Origin: the human T2T-CHM13v2.0 reference genome, Homo sapiens
Strand: one strand, 5' to 3'
Assembly (NCBI RefSeq): GCF_009914755.1
Contig: NC_060929.1
DNA length: 64,000 bases
In this document: in pieces, positions 1 to 22,818 of the stretch
How positions within the stretch are numbered: the first letter of the stretch is position 1
Layout of the letters: each line of letters starts with the position of its first letter
Translations under genes and position numbers: made by a program
Notes under the pieces: model-generated
What the model was told of the DNA's origin: nothing
Database searches by the model: none
What the model saw: the letters and a program-made list of their open reading frames with translations, nothing else

Positions 1-227
1 GGCTCACTGCAGCCTCGACCTCCTGAGCTCAAGCCATCCTCCCACCTCAGCCTCCAGAGAATCTGAAACAACAGGGGCATACCACCATGCCCGACTAATT
101 TTTGTATTTTTTGTAACACTAGGATTTTGCTGTGTTGCCCAGGGTAGTCCTGAACACCTGGGCTCAAGTGATCCTCCCACCTCGGCCTCCCAAAGTGCTG
201 GGGTTACAGGTGTCAGCCTGCACCTGG
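1..227 (-). mobile_element. AluJ-like, partial at window edge
   Basis: Alu consensus text. Confidence 0.85.
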
Positions 228-1189
228 CTGAGTTTGGATTTTAAAGTGCAATGCAACACTACTTCTCATTCCCAGATTCCTCATTTCCCCTTTGCAAACA
301 TTCACAGTGCCAAGCTCTGTTGCATCTCATGATGAGATCTACTATTTACTGAGTAATAATGACTAGGCTCAGAGCCAGACAACTGACATATATTATCTCA
401 TTAACTCTCACATCAGCCCTGCCAAATAGAACTGCCACCTTTCCCATTTTATAGACAACTCCCTTGCTGGTAAGTGGCACAGTTGCTCCACTTATTCATT
501 CATTGACTTATTCATTGATTCACTGATTGACAGATTGATTCATTCATATTCATTGAGCACTCACTATGCCAGGCATTGTATATGCAAAGACCTGTAAGAT
601 GAGGTTGTTCTCAGTGGGTTCTCATGGTATAGTGGAATGTCATGCAAAACATGAGCCCACGACTCAAAGCATGTGAAGCAGACCACGCTGGGGACCCAGA
701 TAAGGAGAAACTTGTCCTATGAGTGGCTTCAAGGGCCACTCAGTACATTGTCAGTAGTTGAAAACACTCTGAACCTCAATTTCCCCTTTGCTGAAGTCAG
801 AGTATTGAATAAGGTCCTCTGTGAAGGTTTTTTTTTTCTTTGTTTTCCTGTTCTAGCCTGCTAGGTCTCAGGTCTCATGGGAAATGAAGGAAAGCAGGGG
901 CAGATAACAAATGTGAGAGGGTCTACAAATGACGGTCATCTCAGGTACAGCCTTCAGAAATGGAATTTATTAGCCAGAGGAAGTGCTGGTGAAGGGCTGA
1001 CATTTAGTCATTCACTCACTCAATAAACTATGGTAAGTATGCACTCTGTCCAAGACACTGGGCTAGGTGCCAGGGGCCAGTGGTGAATAAGATCGACAGG
1101 GACAGACAGACAGACCTCATGGGTTTTCCTGCCAGGAGAAAGGGCAAAGGAATGATATACAAGTAAATATTGAATGGCAAGTGGGCCTT

Positions 1190-1345
1190 CCCAATGAAAT
1201 TTGAATTTCAGATAAACTATAAATAATTTTTTAGTGTAACTGTGTCCAAAATATTGCACAGGATCTTCTTTAACTAAAATATCATTCTTTGTTTATCTAA
1301 AATTCAAACTTTACTGGGCATCTTATATTTTTTCTGGCAGTCCTG
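1190..1345. mobile_element. MER53 palindromic DNA-transposon relic
   Basis: AAATTTGAATTTCAGATAAAC...TGTCCAAAATATTGCA...GTTTATCTAAAATTCAAACTTTACTGGGCATC; self-complementary MER53 pattern. Confidence 0.7.
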
Positions 1346-2586
1346 TGGCAAATCTTCCCAAGGCAATTCCCAAGATAAGTAGGAATTTGGAGGGGGTGGG
1401 GAAGTTCATTACAGCCCAAAAGAACTACCTTTGTGATTTCGCATTTCAACAATGCAGCAATTGCAACCATTTCTCAGGTTTTTGGAGGGTGCTAAAGGTT
1501 GAGAGTATCACTTTTTGGTGGTCCAGAAAGAATCTAGACCCCTGTCTACACCACCTTCCTTCTCCTTCACCCAGCCCCAGTCACTGTTTGGTGGCGAAGG
1601 TTGCATTCTGCCACTGGGGCCCAAGGTTGCATTCTGCCCAGGGCCATGAATTGAGTAAGATTTCCTGAAGTAAACACGTGCAAATACCAAGTACGCAGGG
1701 ATGACTGGCCTAGACAGACTTCACCCACAGGCCCAAGTCACTGGCCAGGGACACTGACTCAGGCCCCAAAAGTTTCCAGGGAAGGTGAGGTGTGGTTTCC
1801 TGGGTAAACTCTGACGGATGAACAGAAAGCAACAGGCCGTCCCTTAGCACAGAGGCTCCAAAAACTGTTAAGTCAGGATCTTCTAGACTCAGAAAAACAC
1901 CCTGAATCCTCAATCCCTTAACACCAAGGTATAGAGAAGCTCTCAGCATTTATGTTCTCTGTTTTCCCACAAACAGAATCTAAACTGAAAGCTCCAGAAG
2001 GGCAAGACTGGATTCTTCTCCAAATTCCACTCAAACCTGGTACAGCATCCATCACTTAGAATAGATCCTTAACAACGACAACAATAACAGTAGCAAAATG
2101 GTCGTAATAGTAATAAGGAACGGGAGCTGCCAATAGGAGCCATTACGGTGTGCCAAGAACACTGCTGATGAGATAATTCATTCATTTAATTTCTACAACA
2201 ATGCTGTGGGGTAGCTCTTATTTCCCCATTTTATAAAATAGGAAATAAACCCAGTCAAGCTAAACGATTTGCCAAGGCCACATTCTTTGAAAGTGACAGA
2301 GTCCTGGTTCACATCCAGATCTCACCTTAAAGCATAAGATCTTAACTCTCTGCTACATGATCCAATGACCTTGCTCAAATACCCAGTGCGATGCCCTCAT
2401 TTTATAGAGGAGGAGGGAGTACAGAATAGCAGAGCAATTAAGAGGAATTAAGGCTCTGTAACGACTCCCTGGCTGAACCAACTAGTTAAAAAAAAAAAAA
2501 AAGATTGTGAGCTCAAGGTCAGAATGCCTGAGTTCAAATCATTCCCAGTCTGCCACTTTTTTTTTTCTTTCCTTTTTTCTTTTTTT

Positions 2587-2685
2587 AGGCTAGTCGAGTG
2601 AAGCAGTAGGAGTGGAGGGGGAACAAAGAAATCTATAACTGGCTGTGATCAATTAGTTATAAACACCTGTGTACTTGAACCAGCC
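2587..2685 (-). pseudogene. Y3 RNA (RNY3-like) retropseudogene inserted in a MIR
   Basis: Minus strand GGCTGGTTCAAGTACACAGGTGTTTATAACTAATTGATCACAGCCAGTTATAGATTTCTTTGTTCC...CTGCTTCACTCGACTAGCCT matches hY3; A-tail 2557-2586; TSD TCTGCCACTTT at 2549-2559 and 2690-2700. Confidence 0.9.
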
Positions 2686-3055
2686 AGGATCTGCCACTTT
2701 CTATCTGCATAATCCTGAGCAAGTTACCAAAACTTTCTGGGTTTCTGTTTCATCATCTGTGAAACAGAGATAATGACAGTTATGACATAGATCGTTATGA
2801 GGGGAAACGAGTGAGGCAATCCTTGTTGGCTACAATTACAGTTAGAAGAGTTGAAGGGAGAATAGACTCCAGTCCAGTTGGATGAGTCCTCCGGAAAGTC
2901 TCCTGAGTGGAGAACCATTGCCCGGCCCCTGGATGCCCAAGAGGAGATGACGGGAGCCATGCGCCCATGTGGGAGCCCACCGGGTATGCTTTCCACAGAG
3001 GCACAAGTCTGGCTTATCTCACTAAGGAGCCCAAGACCAAAAGATACCTGTTTGA

Positions 3056-3436
<381 letters not shown>

Positions 3437-4504
3437 TAAATAAGGCAGTTGGATAAGACAGTCTCTGAAGCCCCCTTCCTCTCCTATTTTTAACCTTAAG
3501 ATGCTTAATCTGAAGTAACTCCAGAGGTAAAATGAGCACAAAATCACACCATGTCCAAAGGCTGGATTTTGGAAATGCCGGAACACAGCTCCTGGTTTGG
3601 CCAGTGTAGGAGTGAATAAGACCCGCATGGGCCCTGCCGTAATGGGACAAACATTCTTCTGGGTGAGACAGTGTTAAAGAAATTATTGCATAATTACTTG
3701 ATTGTGAGTCTTTTACACCAAGTGCTTACCAAGCACATGCTTTGTGCCAGACACTGTGCTGGGTCCTGGAGTAAAAGCCTGGTGGACAAGGCAGACCTGG
3801 TCCCTGACCTCCAGGGCTTATTATGAGAAATGGCTTAGGGAGGGGGCTATAACAGGGAGATTAGAAAGGGCCTCCCTGAGGAAGGGTGACTTTTTCTGAA
3901 GGATGAGTAGGAGTTGGCCTGGGCAGAGGGCTATGTGGAGAACTGCATTACTGCCTTTAAAAACCAACATCCAGAGAGGGGGAGTGATTTGCCCAAGGTG
4001 ATCAAAGAAGTCTTTGTCAGAACCACCAGGAGAATCTCAGGGAACAGTGGATCCTGGAAGAAAGAGCCAAGTGTTTAACCAAGTGATCAGTGTTTACACT
4101 TCCAGTAATGGGACAGACTGCCATTGTGCCTCCGCATGTAAAGCACAAAGAAAAACACATCACCTCTGTGCTGCTCCTGCCGGAAATGTGTGACCTGCAT
4201 CTAATTATGAAGAAATATCAGACAAGCCCAAATGAAAGGACATTTCTGCAAAAGATTTGATTTGTACCCTTCAAAAATGTCAGCACCGTGGAAAACAAAG
4301 ACAGACTGAGGAACAGTCCCAGATTCAAGGAGACTCAAAAGACAGCGCTACATCGGTGTCTGAGACAACTGACAGAAACTGAATATGAACTGTTTATTAG
4401 ATCATGGTGTTGCATCTTTTTTTTCTTTATTTTTTAGCAATTTTTTTCTTTTTTCCTTTTCACCCAGCCGATTGGATGGTAGCTTTCCTTTCCTTGCCTT
4501 GCCT

Positions 4505-4816
4505 TGCCTTTCTTTTCCTTTCCTTTCCTTTTCTTGACAGGGTCACACTCTGGCACTCAAGCTGGAGTGCAATGGCGCAATCATGGCTCACTGCAGCCTC
4601 AACCTCCTGGGCTCAAGTGATGCTCCCATCTCAGCCTCCAGAGTAGACAGGACCACAGGTGTGCACCACCACACCCAGCGAGTTTTTTTATTTTTTGTAA
4701 AGACAGGGACCTCCCTGTGTTGCCCAGCCTGGTCTCAAATTTCTGGGCTCAAGTGGTCTTCCCACCTCAGCCTCCCAAAGTGCTGGGATTACAGGTGTGA
4801 GCCACCACACCCAGCC
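4505..4816 (-). mobile_element. AluJ-like
   Basis: Full dimer next to the 7SL fragment. Confidence 0.85.
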
Positions 4817-4840
4817 TTTTTTCATTTTTTCCTCTTCATT

Positions 4841-5012
4841 ACGGTTCTTGCTATATTGCCCAGGCTGGAGTGCAGTGTCTATTCACAGGTGCAATCCCAC
4901 TACTAACCAGCATGAGAGTTTGACCTGTTCCCTTTCTGACCTGGGCTGGTTCACCCCACCTTAGGCAGCCTGGTGGTCCCTTACTCCTGGGAAGTCACCA
5001 TATTGATGCTGA
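4841..5012 (-). pseudogene. 7SL (SRP) RNA pseudogene fragment including S domain
   Basis: Minus strand GCATCAATATGGTGACTTCCCAGGAG...GACCACCAGGCTGCCTAAGG...GTGAACCAGCCCAGGTCAGAAA...TAGTGGGATTGCACCTGTGAATAG matches the 7SL central sequence absent from Alu. Confidence 0.9.
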
Positions 5013-5026
5013 CCACAGGTGTGAAC

Positions 5027-6018
5027 TGAAGGGGGCCAGCCCCTCCATGAGAAATACCTGGGTATTTCTCGTCAGGTGGGATGAGAGACTGAGGAAAGAA
5101 ATAAGACACAGAGACAAAGTCTAGAGAAAGAGCAGTGGGCCCAGGGGACTGGCACTCAGCATATGGAGGACCCGTGCCAGCACTGGTCTCTGAGTTCCCT
5201 CAGTATTTATTGATCACTATCTCTACTATCTAGGTGAGGGGGATGTGGCAGGACTATAGGGTAATGGTGGGGAGAGGTTCAGCGGGAAAACATGTGAGCA
5301 AAGGTCTCTGTGTCATAAGTTTAAGAAAAGGTGCTGTGCCTTGATGTGCACGGAGGCCAGGTTTATGTTTGACTTTACACAAGCATCTCAGTGCAGTAAA
5401 GAGCAGTATTGCCACCAGCATGTCCCACCTCCAGCCATAAGGCAGTTTTCTCCTATCTCAGTAAATAGAACATATGATTGGGTTTTACACCGAGACATTC
5501 CATTCCCAGGGACAAGCAGGAGACAGATGCCTTCCTCTTATCTTAACTGCAAAGAGGCCTTCCTCTTTCACTAATCCTCCTCAGCATAGACCCTTTACGG
5601 GTGTTGGGCTGGGGGATGGTCAGGTCTTTCCCTTCCCATGAGGCCATATCTCAGGCTGTCTCAGTGGGGAGAAACCTTGGACCATACCCAGGGTTTCTTG
5701 GGCAGAGGTCCCTGCGGCCTTCCGCAGTGCATTGTGTCCCTGGGTACTCGAGACTGGAGAATGGCGATGACTTTTACCAAGCATACTGCCTGCAAACACA
5801 TTTTTAACAAAGCACATCCTGCACAGCCCTAAATCCATTAAACCTTGAGTCAACACAGCACATGTTTCTGCAAGCACAGGGTTGGGGCTAGGGTTACAGA
5901 TTAATAGCATCTCAAGGCAGAATAATTTTTCTTAGTACAGAACAAAATGGAGTTTCTTATGTCTTTTTCTTTCTACATAGACACAGTAACAGTCTGATCT
6001 CTCTTTCTTTCCCCCACA
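5027..6018 (-). mobile_element. Solo HERV-K(HML-2) LTR5 (LTR5A/B-like)
   Basis: Minus strand starts TGTGGGGGAAAGAAAGAGAGATCAGACTGTTACTGTGTCTATGTAG and ends GCTGGCCCCCTTCA; 992 bp; 6-bp TSD GTGAAC/GTGCAC; AATAAA at 5211-5206. Confidence 0.9.
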
Positions 6019-6173
6019 GTGCACTACCACATCCAGCTAATTTTAAAATTTTTTGTAGAGACAGGAGTCTCCCTATGTTGCACAAGCTGGTCTCAAACTC
6101 TTGGGCTCAAGTGATTCTCTTGCCTCAGCCCTCCGAGTAGATGGGACTACAGGCATGTGCCACTACTCCCAGC
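6019..6173 (-). mobile_element. FLAM/Alu 5' part, continuing at 5011-5026 across the LTR5
   Basis: GACCACAGGTGTG[LTR]CACTACCACATCCAGCTAATTTT continuity across the LTR. Confidence 0.75.
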
Positions 6174-6214
6174 AGATAATGGTGTCGTATCCACATTACA
6201 TTTCTATGATTCCG

Positions 6215-6412
6215 TCATTGTACTGTGGATAGGTAAGAAATGTCCTTGTTCTGGAAGTACTGTGGAGGTATTGTGGAGGTACTGTGTGGAAGTACTGTGG
6301 AAGTACTGTGGAGGTACTGTGGAGGTACTGTGGAAGTACTGTGTAGAAGTACTGTGGAAGTACTGTGTATTTCCAGAACAGGGACATTTCTTACCTATCC
6401 ACAGTACAATGA
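6215..6412. repeat. 42-bp inverted repeat enclosing a 10-unit minisatellite GGA(A/G)GTACTGT(GT)
   Basis: Arms 6215-6256 and 6371-6412 are reverse complements with 1 mismatch; ten 11-13-nt units at 6253-6368. Confidence 0.95.
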
Positions 6413-6738
6413 TGGGAGCATCGCCAGTACTTACAGACAAAGGGCATGATGTCTGCAACTTTCTCCCAAATGGGTCAGAGAAAATGGAGAGAGAAAGCAA
6501 ATGTGGCAAGATGTTAATGAATGATAAATTTGGATGAAAGACATACAGTTCTCTGTATTATTTCAAACTTTTCTGTTAAGTTTGAATTTTTTTTTCAAAA
6601 TAAAGAATTATGAGTAAATATGTAAATAAATAAAGAAGAAGCACCATGTTGTCACCAGCCTTGTCTTGGTGGCCAATGCCCCTCACCCCACCTGTACCCC
6701 AGAACTCCATGTAATAATGCCCCATGCCCTCTCTCTCA

Positions 6739-7450
<712 letters not shown>

Positions 7451-8084
7451 CCAGATGGGAGAAGGTGAGAGTTTTCTTTCACCTTGGTCTAGTAAGAGCA
7501 AAGAAGAGATGTCTGCACAGAGCAGGAGGTGGGCTTGAGCACTGCCAAAGCAGGGGTTGCAAAAAGGCAGCACAGGGACAGTCTACTTGCTGTAGGTGTG
7601 TCTTCTCTGACCTCTGTTAGTTTTCTTAAATATCTGACACAGAAGACTGACATTTACTGTTTAGGAGATTTGTTTGGCTTCTCTGTCCACATTCCCCCAT
7701 GGCGGGAATGGCTGAAGCTGAGAAATGACTGCCTGCCAGCCTCTGCATCCCCCCGGCCCCTTGCCTCATCCTTCCACTCCCCTTCCCAAGGGCTTCTCCC
7801 ATGTGGGCTTTCAATGTGCAGGGCCCCTCGGCCTACTGTCCTCATGTACATTATGGATCTGGTATGTGTAGTCTCCCATGTCACAATCTTTGCACTAAAG
7901 TTTTTATCAGCTTTAGATTTCAATGACTCTAATTTTGGCAACCTAAGGGCCCTTATAAAACAACACACCTTTCAGGTTTTCCTTTATTCCAAAAGTAATA
8001 CATATTATAGTCACTGTTGAACATACACAAAGAAGACAATTAAAATCACCCATAATCCTGTTACTCAGAGGCAACCTTTAGTTA

Positions 8085-8560
<476 letters not shown>

Positions 8561-9270
8561 AATACACACAATGGTCCACATTCTAGCAACTCCAGTGAAT
8601 CTTGAAATACCAGAATCTTCATTAAAATGCCCTTCCTGCCCACTAGGAAGGAGACAGAGCACTTTTCTTTCTGGATGAAACTTACTTTAGCTTCCATGAC
8701 TATATCCACTATAGCCTGGCACCTCTATGTTGTAAACTATGTGGAACGCATAATTATAGACAGTTGCTAGCACTTTGAACTTCAAAAATGACCTTTACTG
8801 GGAAGCAGATTGCCTCCTTTATTGTAGAGTGTAATAAATTCTTGGGGCACTGCACTCATCCAGCAGTGTGCACGAGTGCTCACCCCCCAATCTGGCAGGC
8901 TGTGTAGCAGCACAAACCTTCCAGACACTCCCATCATAAGGAACTGGAACTCTCTAACCTAATGCGCTTTCTCAGCTCTCTGCATGCCATCTCCTTCTTA
9001 ACTTCCAGATTTCAGGTCATACAGGTCATCTCTAGTTTTCTTATCCCAAGTAGCCCCCAAATACCCTCTCCCCGGTTTCTGCCTGTCATATCAGCCTATT
9101 TATTTTTTCTATTACATTTATTACTATCAGCAATTATCATGTTTGTTTTTGTTTCCTTGTCCTATTGTCTGGCCTCCCACTATACTGTGAGCTTCATGAG
9201 GGCAGGGACCTGTCAGTGTTGATTCCCTAGGCCTTGCAAGGGTGCCTGACACATCCTTGGTATTCAGTAT

Positions 9271-10463
<1,193 letters not shown>

Positions 10464-10540
10464 TGTCCCATTCATTTTAATGATTGCAAAGCATTTCACT
10501 GTATGGAGGTACCAGAACACCATAGTACTACCGTCCACAG

Positions 10541-10728
10541 CCAGGTTTCTCAACCTTGACACTATCAGCATTTTGGGTCCAGTAATTCTTTGTTGTGGGA
10601 GGCTGTCCTGTACGTTGCAGGATGTTTACTCTAATTTCTACCGCTAGATACCAATAACACCCACCTCAAGTTGTAACAACCAAAAATATCTCCAGAAATT
10701 TCCAAATCGCCCCAGTTGAGAACCATTA
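10541..10728 (+). mobile_element. MER20 (hAT-Charlie) inside an old L1 fragment
   Basis: GGTTTCTCAACCTTGACACTAT...TAATTCTTTGTTGTGGGAGGCTGTCCTG...CAACCAAAAATATCTCCAGA...CCCAGTTGAGAACCA. Confidence 0.75.
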
Positions 10729-11362
10729 TCCCATAGTTAGATATTTAGGTTGTTTCTAATTTCCTAATATTAGAAACAATGTTGTAATGAACATCCTTAT
10801 ATTTCTTAGTAGAAAATACCTAGAAGTGAAATTCCAGGTCCAAAGAGTGTGCAGCTGTCTAAGGAGTTTGATAAATAATGCCAAATTTTGTCTCCAAGGC
10901 TTTACCAGTGTGAATGACAGTGTCTGTCCCTAACCCTTAACCCACCCCTCAACAACATCCTGTCGCCTAGTAAATTAAACACTTTTTCTTAATCCTGGCA
11001 TTAATAGCTCTCTAGAATTTGTCCCCAACACTTCTTATTTTGTTTTCCACAATTTCTCTACACATATTCCAAGCTTCACCCTAATGTTTTCATTCTTTTT
11101 CGGTTTTGCCTCTTCATTCTTGCTGTGCCCTCCACCTGTCCCTTACCACCCTGTCCGAATGTCATTACTTCTGTTGATTCTTCTTTGATGTACCAACTAA
11201 ACTCTTTTTCTACTCACAACTCCCAAACTATTGGTTTCCTTCCATTCTAAGGGGAGTTTCTACATTTCAGGTTGTGTTATTTCTGCACACCTGTACTTTC
11301 ATCAAGGACAAACTCCTTGAACTATAGAAGTAAAACTTGGCCCATTTTAAAATGTCTCCTAG

Positions 11363-11510
11363 AGCCAGGCATGATGGCTCATACCTGTAATTCCAACTAC
11401 TCAGGAAGCTAAGGCTGGAGGATCACTTGAAGCCAGGAGTTTTAGGCTGCAGTGAGTTATGATCATGCCACTGCATTCCAGCTTGAGCGAATGAGACCCT
11501 GTCTTTAAAA
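11363..11510 (+). mobile_element. Alu monomer (FRAM/FAM-like)
   Basis: Single Alu arm. Confidence 0.75.
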
Positions 11511-12074
11511 AGAGATTTCCCAAAGAGCTCAGCACATGTCCTTTTCCGTAGCATGTCCACCAGAACCACCAAGTTCTGGTGAGAAATAGAAGCAACAGTT
11601 TGCCAAAAAATCTACTTTTATCTCATTTTTCAACATGCCAGAATGAGGAAGGCAAGGCTGTTGAAAAACTTCAGTCTAATTGCTAGGTAGGTACAAATAA
11701 GTTGGTATTTGGAGTGAGTCACCTAACGCCTAACACTAACTTATGAAATGGACCTGATTTCAGACGTCAGGGAAGAAACTGGTAATCTGAAGCTTCTTTT
11801 ATTGGCAATAGGGGCTACCAGTAGAGTTTGGGGAGATGTCTTGTGTAATCTAGTTTAGAAAAGTGCATGTACTACTAGAAAGAGGAATACGAGATTTTAG
11901 GTCCAGCAATGCCAACGACTCATTTTGTAACTTTGAGAAAGTCCCATCCTCTCTCAAGGCTTTGATTTCCCTATCAACAAAACAAAGGAGTTGAATAATT
12001 TATCTTTAATACTCCCAGTTCTGTGACTCCAGGTGGGCTTTGAATGAGGGAGGCCATCGTATTTGCTGTGTTGT

Positions 12075-12585
12075 ACAGCCATCACCACTAATTCCAGAAA
12101 ATTCCCGTCAACCCCACAAGAAACGTCATACCTATTAGCAATCAGTCCAACCTTACTTCTCCCACTATCCCCTGGTAAGCTCTAATCCAGTTTCTCTCTC
12201 TATGGGTTTGCCTATTCTGGACATTCATATAAATGGATTTATACAATATGTAGCTTTTTGTGTGATTTATTTCACTTAGCATAATGTTTTCAAGGTTCAT
12301 ACATGTTGCAGCATGTATCAGTATTTTATTCCTTTTTTTCACCATGCTGTGCTGAAATGTATCATTCCTTTTTGAATGAAAAGTATCATTCCTTTTTATG
12401 GCTGAATAATGTTGCATTGCATAGATATACCCTGTTTTGTTTAGCCATTCATCAGTTGATGGACATTTGGGTTGTTTCCACTTTTTGGCTATTATGAACA
12501 TTCTTGTACAAGTCTTTGTGTGGACATATGTTTTCATGTCTCTTGGGTATATATCCAGAAGCAGAACTGCTGGTTCCACAGGTGA
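12075..12585 (-). mobile_element. L1MB-like 3' fragment (ORF2 C-terminal remnant)
   Basis: Translation IYPRDMKTYVHTKTCTRMFI...KKWKQPKCPSTDEW is L1 ORF2 C-terminus. Confidence 0.8.
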
Positions 12586-12590
12586 TTTTA

Positions 12591-13044
<454 letters not shown>

Positions 13045-14509
13045 CTACTAGAATGTGAACAGGCTGGTCAGCATATGATCGGCCACCACAAATTCTAGTG
13101 TGGGGTATAAAGGTCTCCACAGGCCATTCATCACTCTTGCAAATAGCCATGGTGAAGGAACTGGGGGTATTCAATTGTGAGGAAGCTCTGAAAGGCTGTT
13201 GGGGGTGAGGGAGGGTGCCAGTTTGTTCAGGAAGGCTCCAGAGAGCAGGACAAGCCAGCAGATGAGATGTACAGGTTGTTTTAAGAAGACAGTACCCAGA
13301 GTGCTTAAGAGGTAGAGCTTGAGAGTTAGACCTGGGGCCTGTTATTTGCTAACTGTGTAAATTATTTAATTTCTCCTGGGCCTCACTTTGCTTGTCTGTA
13401 AAATTAGAATTATTTGACATGGTTGTTTGGAGATTAAATGAGATAATATAGTAAATATAATGCAAAGCTATGCACCTGGTGAGTATTAGGTTAAACCATA
13501 TAAAACTGCCAATGATTATTTTTATTCTGCACAAATGACAATTTCATACTGTTCAATTTAATCATAGGTATTCAATCATTACTAGTTATTGCCACTACCA
13601 AAGACTAACTGAATTACCTCATAGGTAGTGACCTCCCTGTCATTGAAGGTATGAGAGCAGAGAACATGGCAAAGAGGAATCAAATATCAATATTTATATA
13701 AGAAGATGAATCTGGGGCTAGCAAGTCAATAAGGAGGCTGTTGCAATATTCCTGGAGTAATGAGGACCTGGCCCAAGATAGGAGGCAAAAGAATGGAGAG
13801 AAATGAGCGGGTTAGAAGCAAGAAGTAGAATGTGGAAGCTACGCTGGCTGACCAGGAGAGGGGGCATGAGAAAGAATGGTGCAAGCTTGTGTGATTTGTG
13901 TGTCCTTGAGCCTCTGTAGGACATCCCAGAGGCACTAAGTGTCCCCGTTCTGGACATTTCACTGGAGTTAAATGTCAACTTAGCCTTCATTTCCTAATGG
14001 AAGCCTTTCTGCTCCTGGCTTGCCAAACCCTACCTCCTCCGGGAAGCCACAGAAGGGAAGACAGTCTCCCTTGTGAACCAGCCCTTAGAACTGCCAGAAC
14101 AGCCTTTTCGGTCTCCACCCTCATTCTATACTTACCTTAGCACACTCCCACATCTCATTTGTGCTTACCCTTGATCTAGAGTTGATGTCAATTCCACATT
14201 GTCTGGCCGCCTGTTGATTTAGTGATTTTATTTGGCTACATGGGACCCATTGGGTCTGTATCCCTGAAGCTTGGCTAATCTTTGAAGTTCTCTTTGTTTT
14301 ACCTTAAGGATCTAATCTGGATCTGCAGATGAGCCATGAAAAAGTTCGTCCTTATGTGCATTATAACCTTACGTCCTTTTTTTAAAGCCAGATTATGAAA
14401 GGAATCTATACTCAAAAAGAGTTGGGAACTTTGAGCAATCCTGAAAAGTCAGGTAAAATTAGGTCCCAAAAACATGCTGTTTGGCAATAGTCACAGAAAG
14501 GCAACAGCT

Positions 14510-15780
<1,271 letters not shown>

Positions 15781-16882
15781 AAATATATGTAAACATCTGT
15801 GCTATTAAATATTCTTTTATCAAGTGTTTTTTTTATGGCCTCACAGACTTCCATAGGGAGGATGTACTGTAACTTATTTAACATATTTTCAACTGTTGGT
15901 TATTTTGACTGTTCATTTTTTAAATGAACATTTGTGTAGTTAAATCTTTGCCCACTTGCTTGATTTTTTTTTTATCTTTTTAATCAAAAACTTGACCAGA
16001 AAGACAGAACAAGGTGATCCTTTAAGATCTTGTCCTGGCTATCCAGAAATCTGAATTTAAATAAGGAATAAGGAAATAATAGGAAAGTCAATATTTTGAT
16101 GCAAAGATCATGTTTCGTTTTGAATGACCATCTCCCACAGCTCTTAGCCCATGTATCTGAAAGAACAGATCTGAATGGTGGGGCTTGTGACTGCTGTGAA
16201 ATGTCAGATAACAGATCGCTTTCTGTACCTAAATATTTATAACAAGAGAGATTTGTACTCCTTCACCCTGAGTGTAAGAGTCACATTACTTTTCTTTCTC
16301 CAAATCAAATTTTATTTCAATTTTTAATTTTAATTTTATTTTTTTTAAGTCAGGGTTCAACCAGACTAAATCAAATTTTATATGCTGTAAGCCTCTACCC
16401 CGCAGTGCTGGCAGGATATTCAATCTTAATAATTATTGTGACCGATGTCCCACTCCAGGGTCATGTGAAGGTCTATTGGCCTTACTCCAGCCTCATAAAA
16501 TCCATCTTGCCTTTGGTCCGCTCTGCCACCACAAACACACCCCACATCTAAGCTGGTATGGCCCCGGAAAGGCCAGCAGTTCTGCTCTTAGCCAGACATC
16601 GGGGGTCCTTGCTATGGCTGGGACCTCCCACTCCCAGGCTCCGGCCTCCCGGGGCATTAACAGCTACCCTCATAGGAGGCTCTCCCCGCTCTCCAGGGCA
16701 GAGAGTGGCCCGGGTTCTTTTCACTCAAGGATACTGCAAAGCCCAGACCCTGTCTCCATTTTGGGGAAGGCTCTCAAAAATCTTTCTTCTCGATTACCTG
16801 GCCCTCCATTCTCTCTCCCTCTGAAGCAATTCCGCCTAATTTCCCTCCAAGGCCAACAGCAGGAATAGATAGTTGCTTTCAA

Positions 16883-18265
<1,383 letters not shown>

Positions 18266-18439
18266 AGAGAAAGCAGCTCTGTATGCACTGATATAAAATA
18301 ATCTTCACCACATAATTTTTAAAAAGCAACAGAATGGTATGTATTCTATGCCCTTCTTGTTTAAAAAATATATAGGGAGAGTCTTATATATGCATACAAT
18401 AGTGGTTTGCCAACCTAGGTGTGCTTAGAATCTCTAGTG

Positions 18440-22818
<4,379 letters not shown>

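Larger units (their letters stand above)
4130..6620 (+). mobile_element. Old L1M (L1MC/ME-like) 3' end split by nested insertions (pieces about 4130-4416 and 6174-6620)
   Basis: L1M 3'UTR-like text (AAATGTCCTTGTTCT...GGGCATGATGTCTGCAACT...GCAAATGTGGCAAGATGTTAA...AAGTTTGAA); degenerate TSD ATCATGGTGTTGCATC / ATAATGGTGTCGTATC around the inserted block. Confidence 0.55.

Noticed and set aside
6253-6368. CRISPR-like or coding repeat (ORFs 6157-6537, 6204-6509 and others)
   Set aside because: Head-to-tail 11-13-nt units with no unique spacers and no cas genes, in human intronic DNA; the ORFs are by-products of a stop-free repeat and palindrome
12142-12579. 145-aa ORF
   Set aside because: Decayed L1 ORF2 C-terminal remnant
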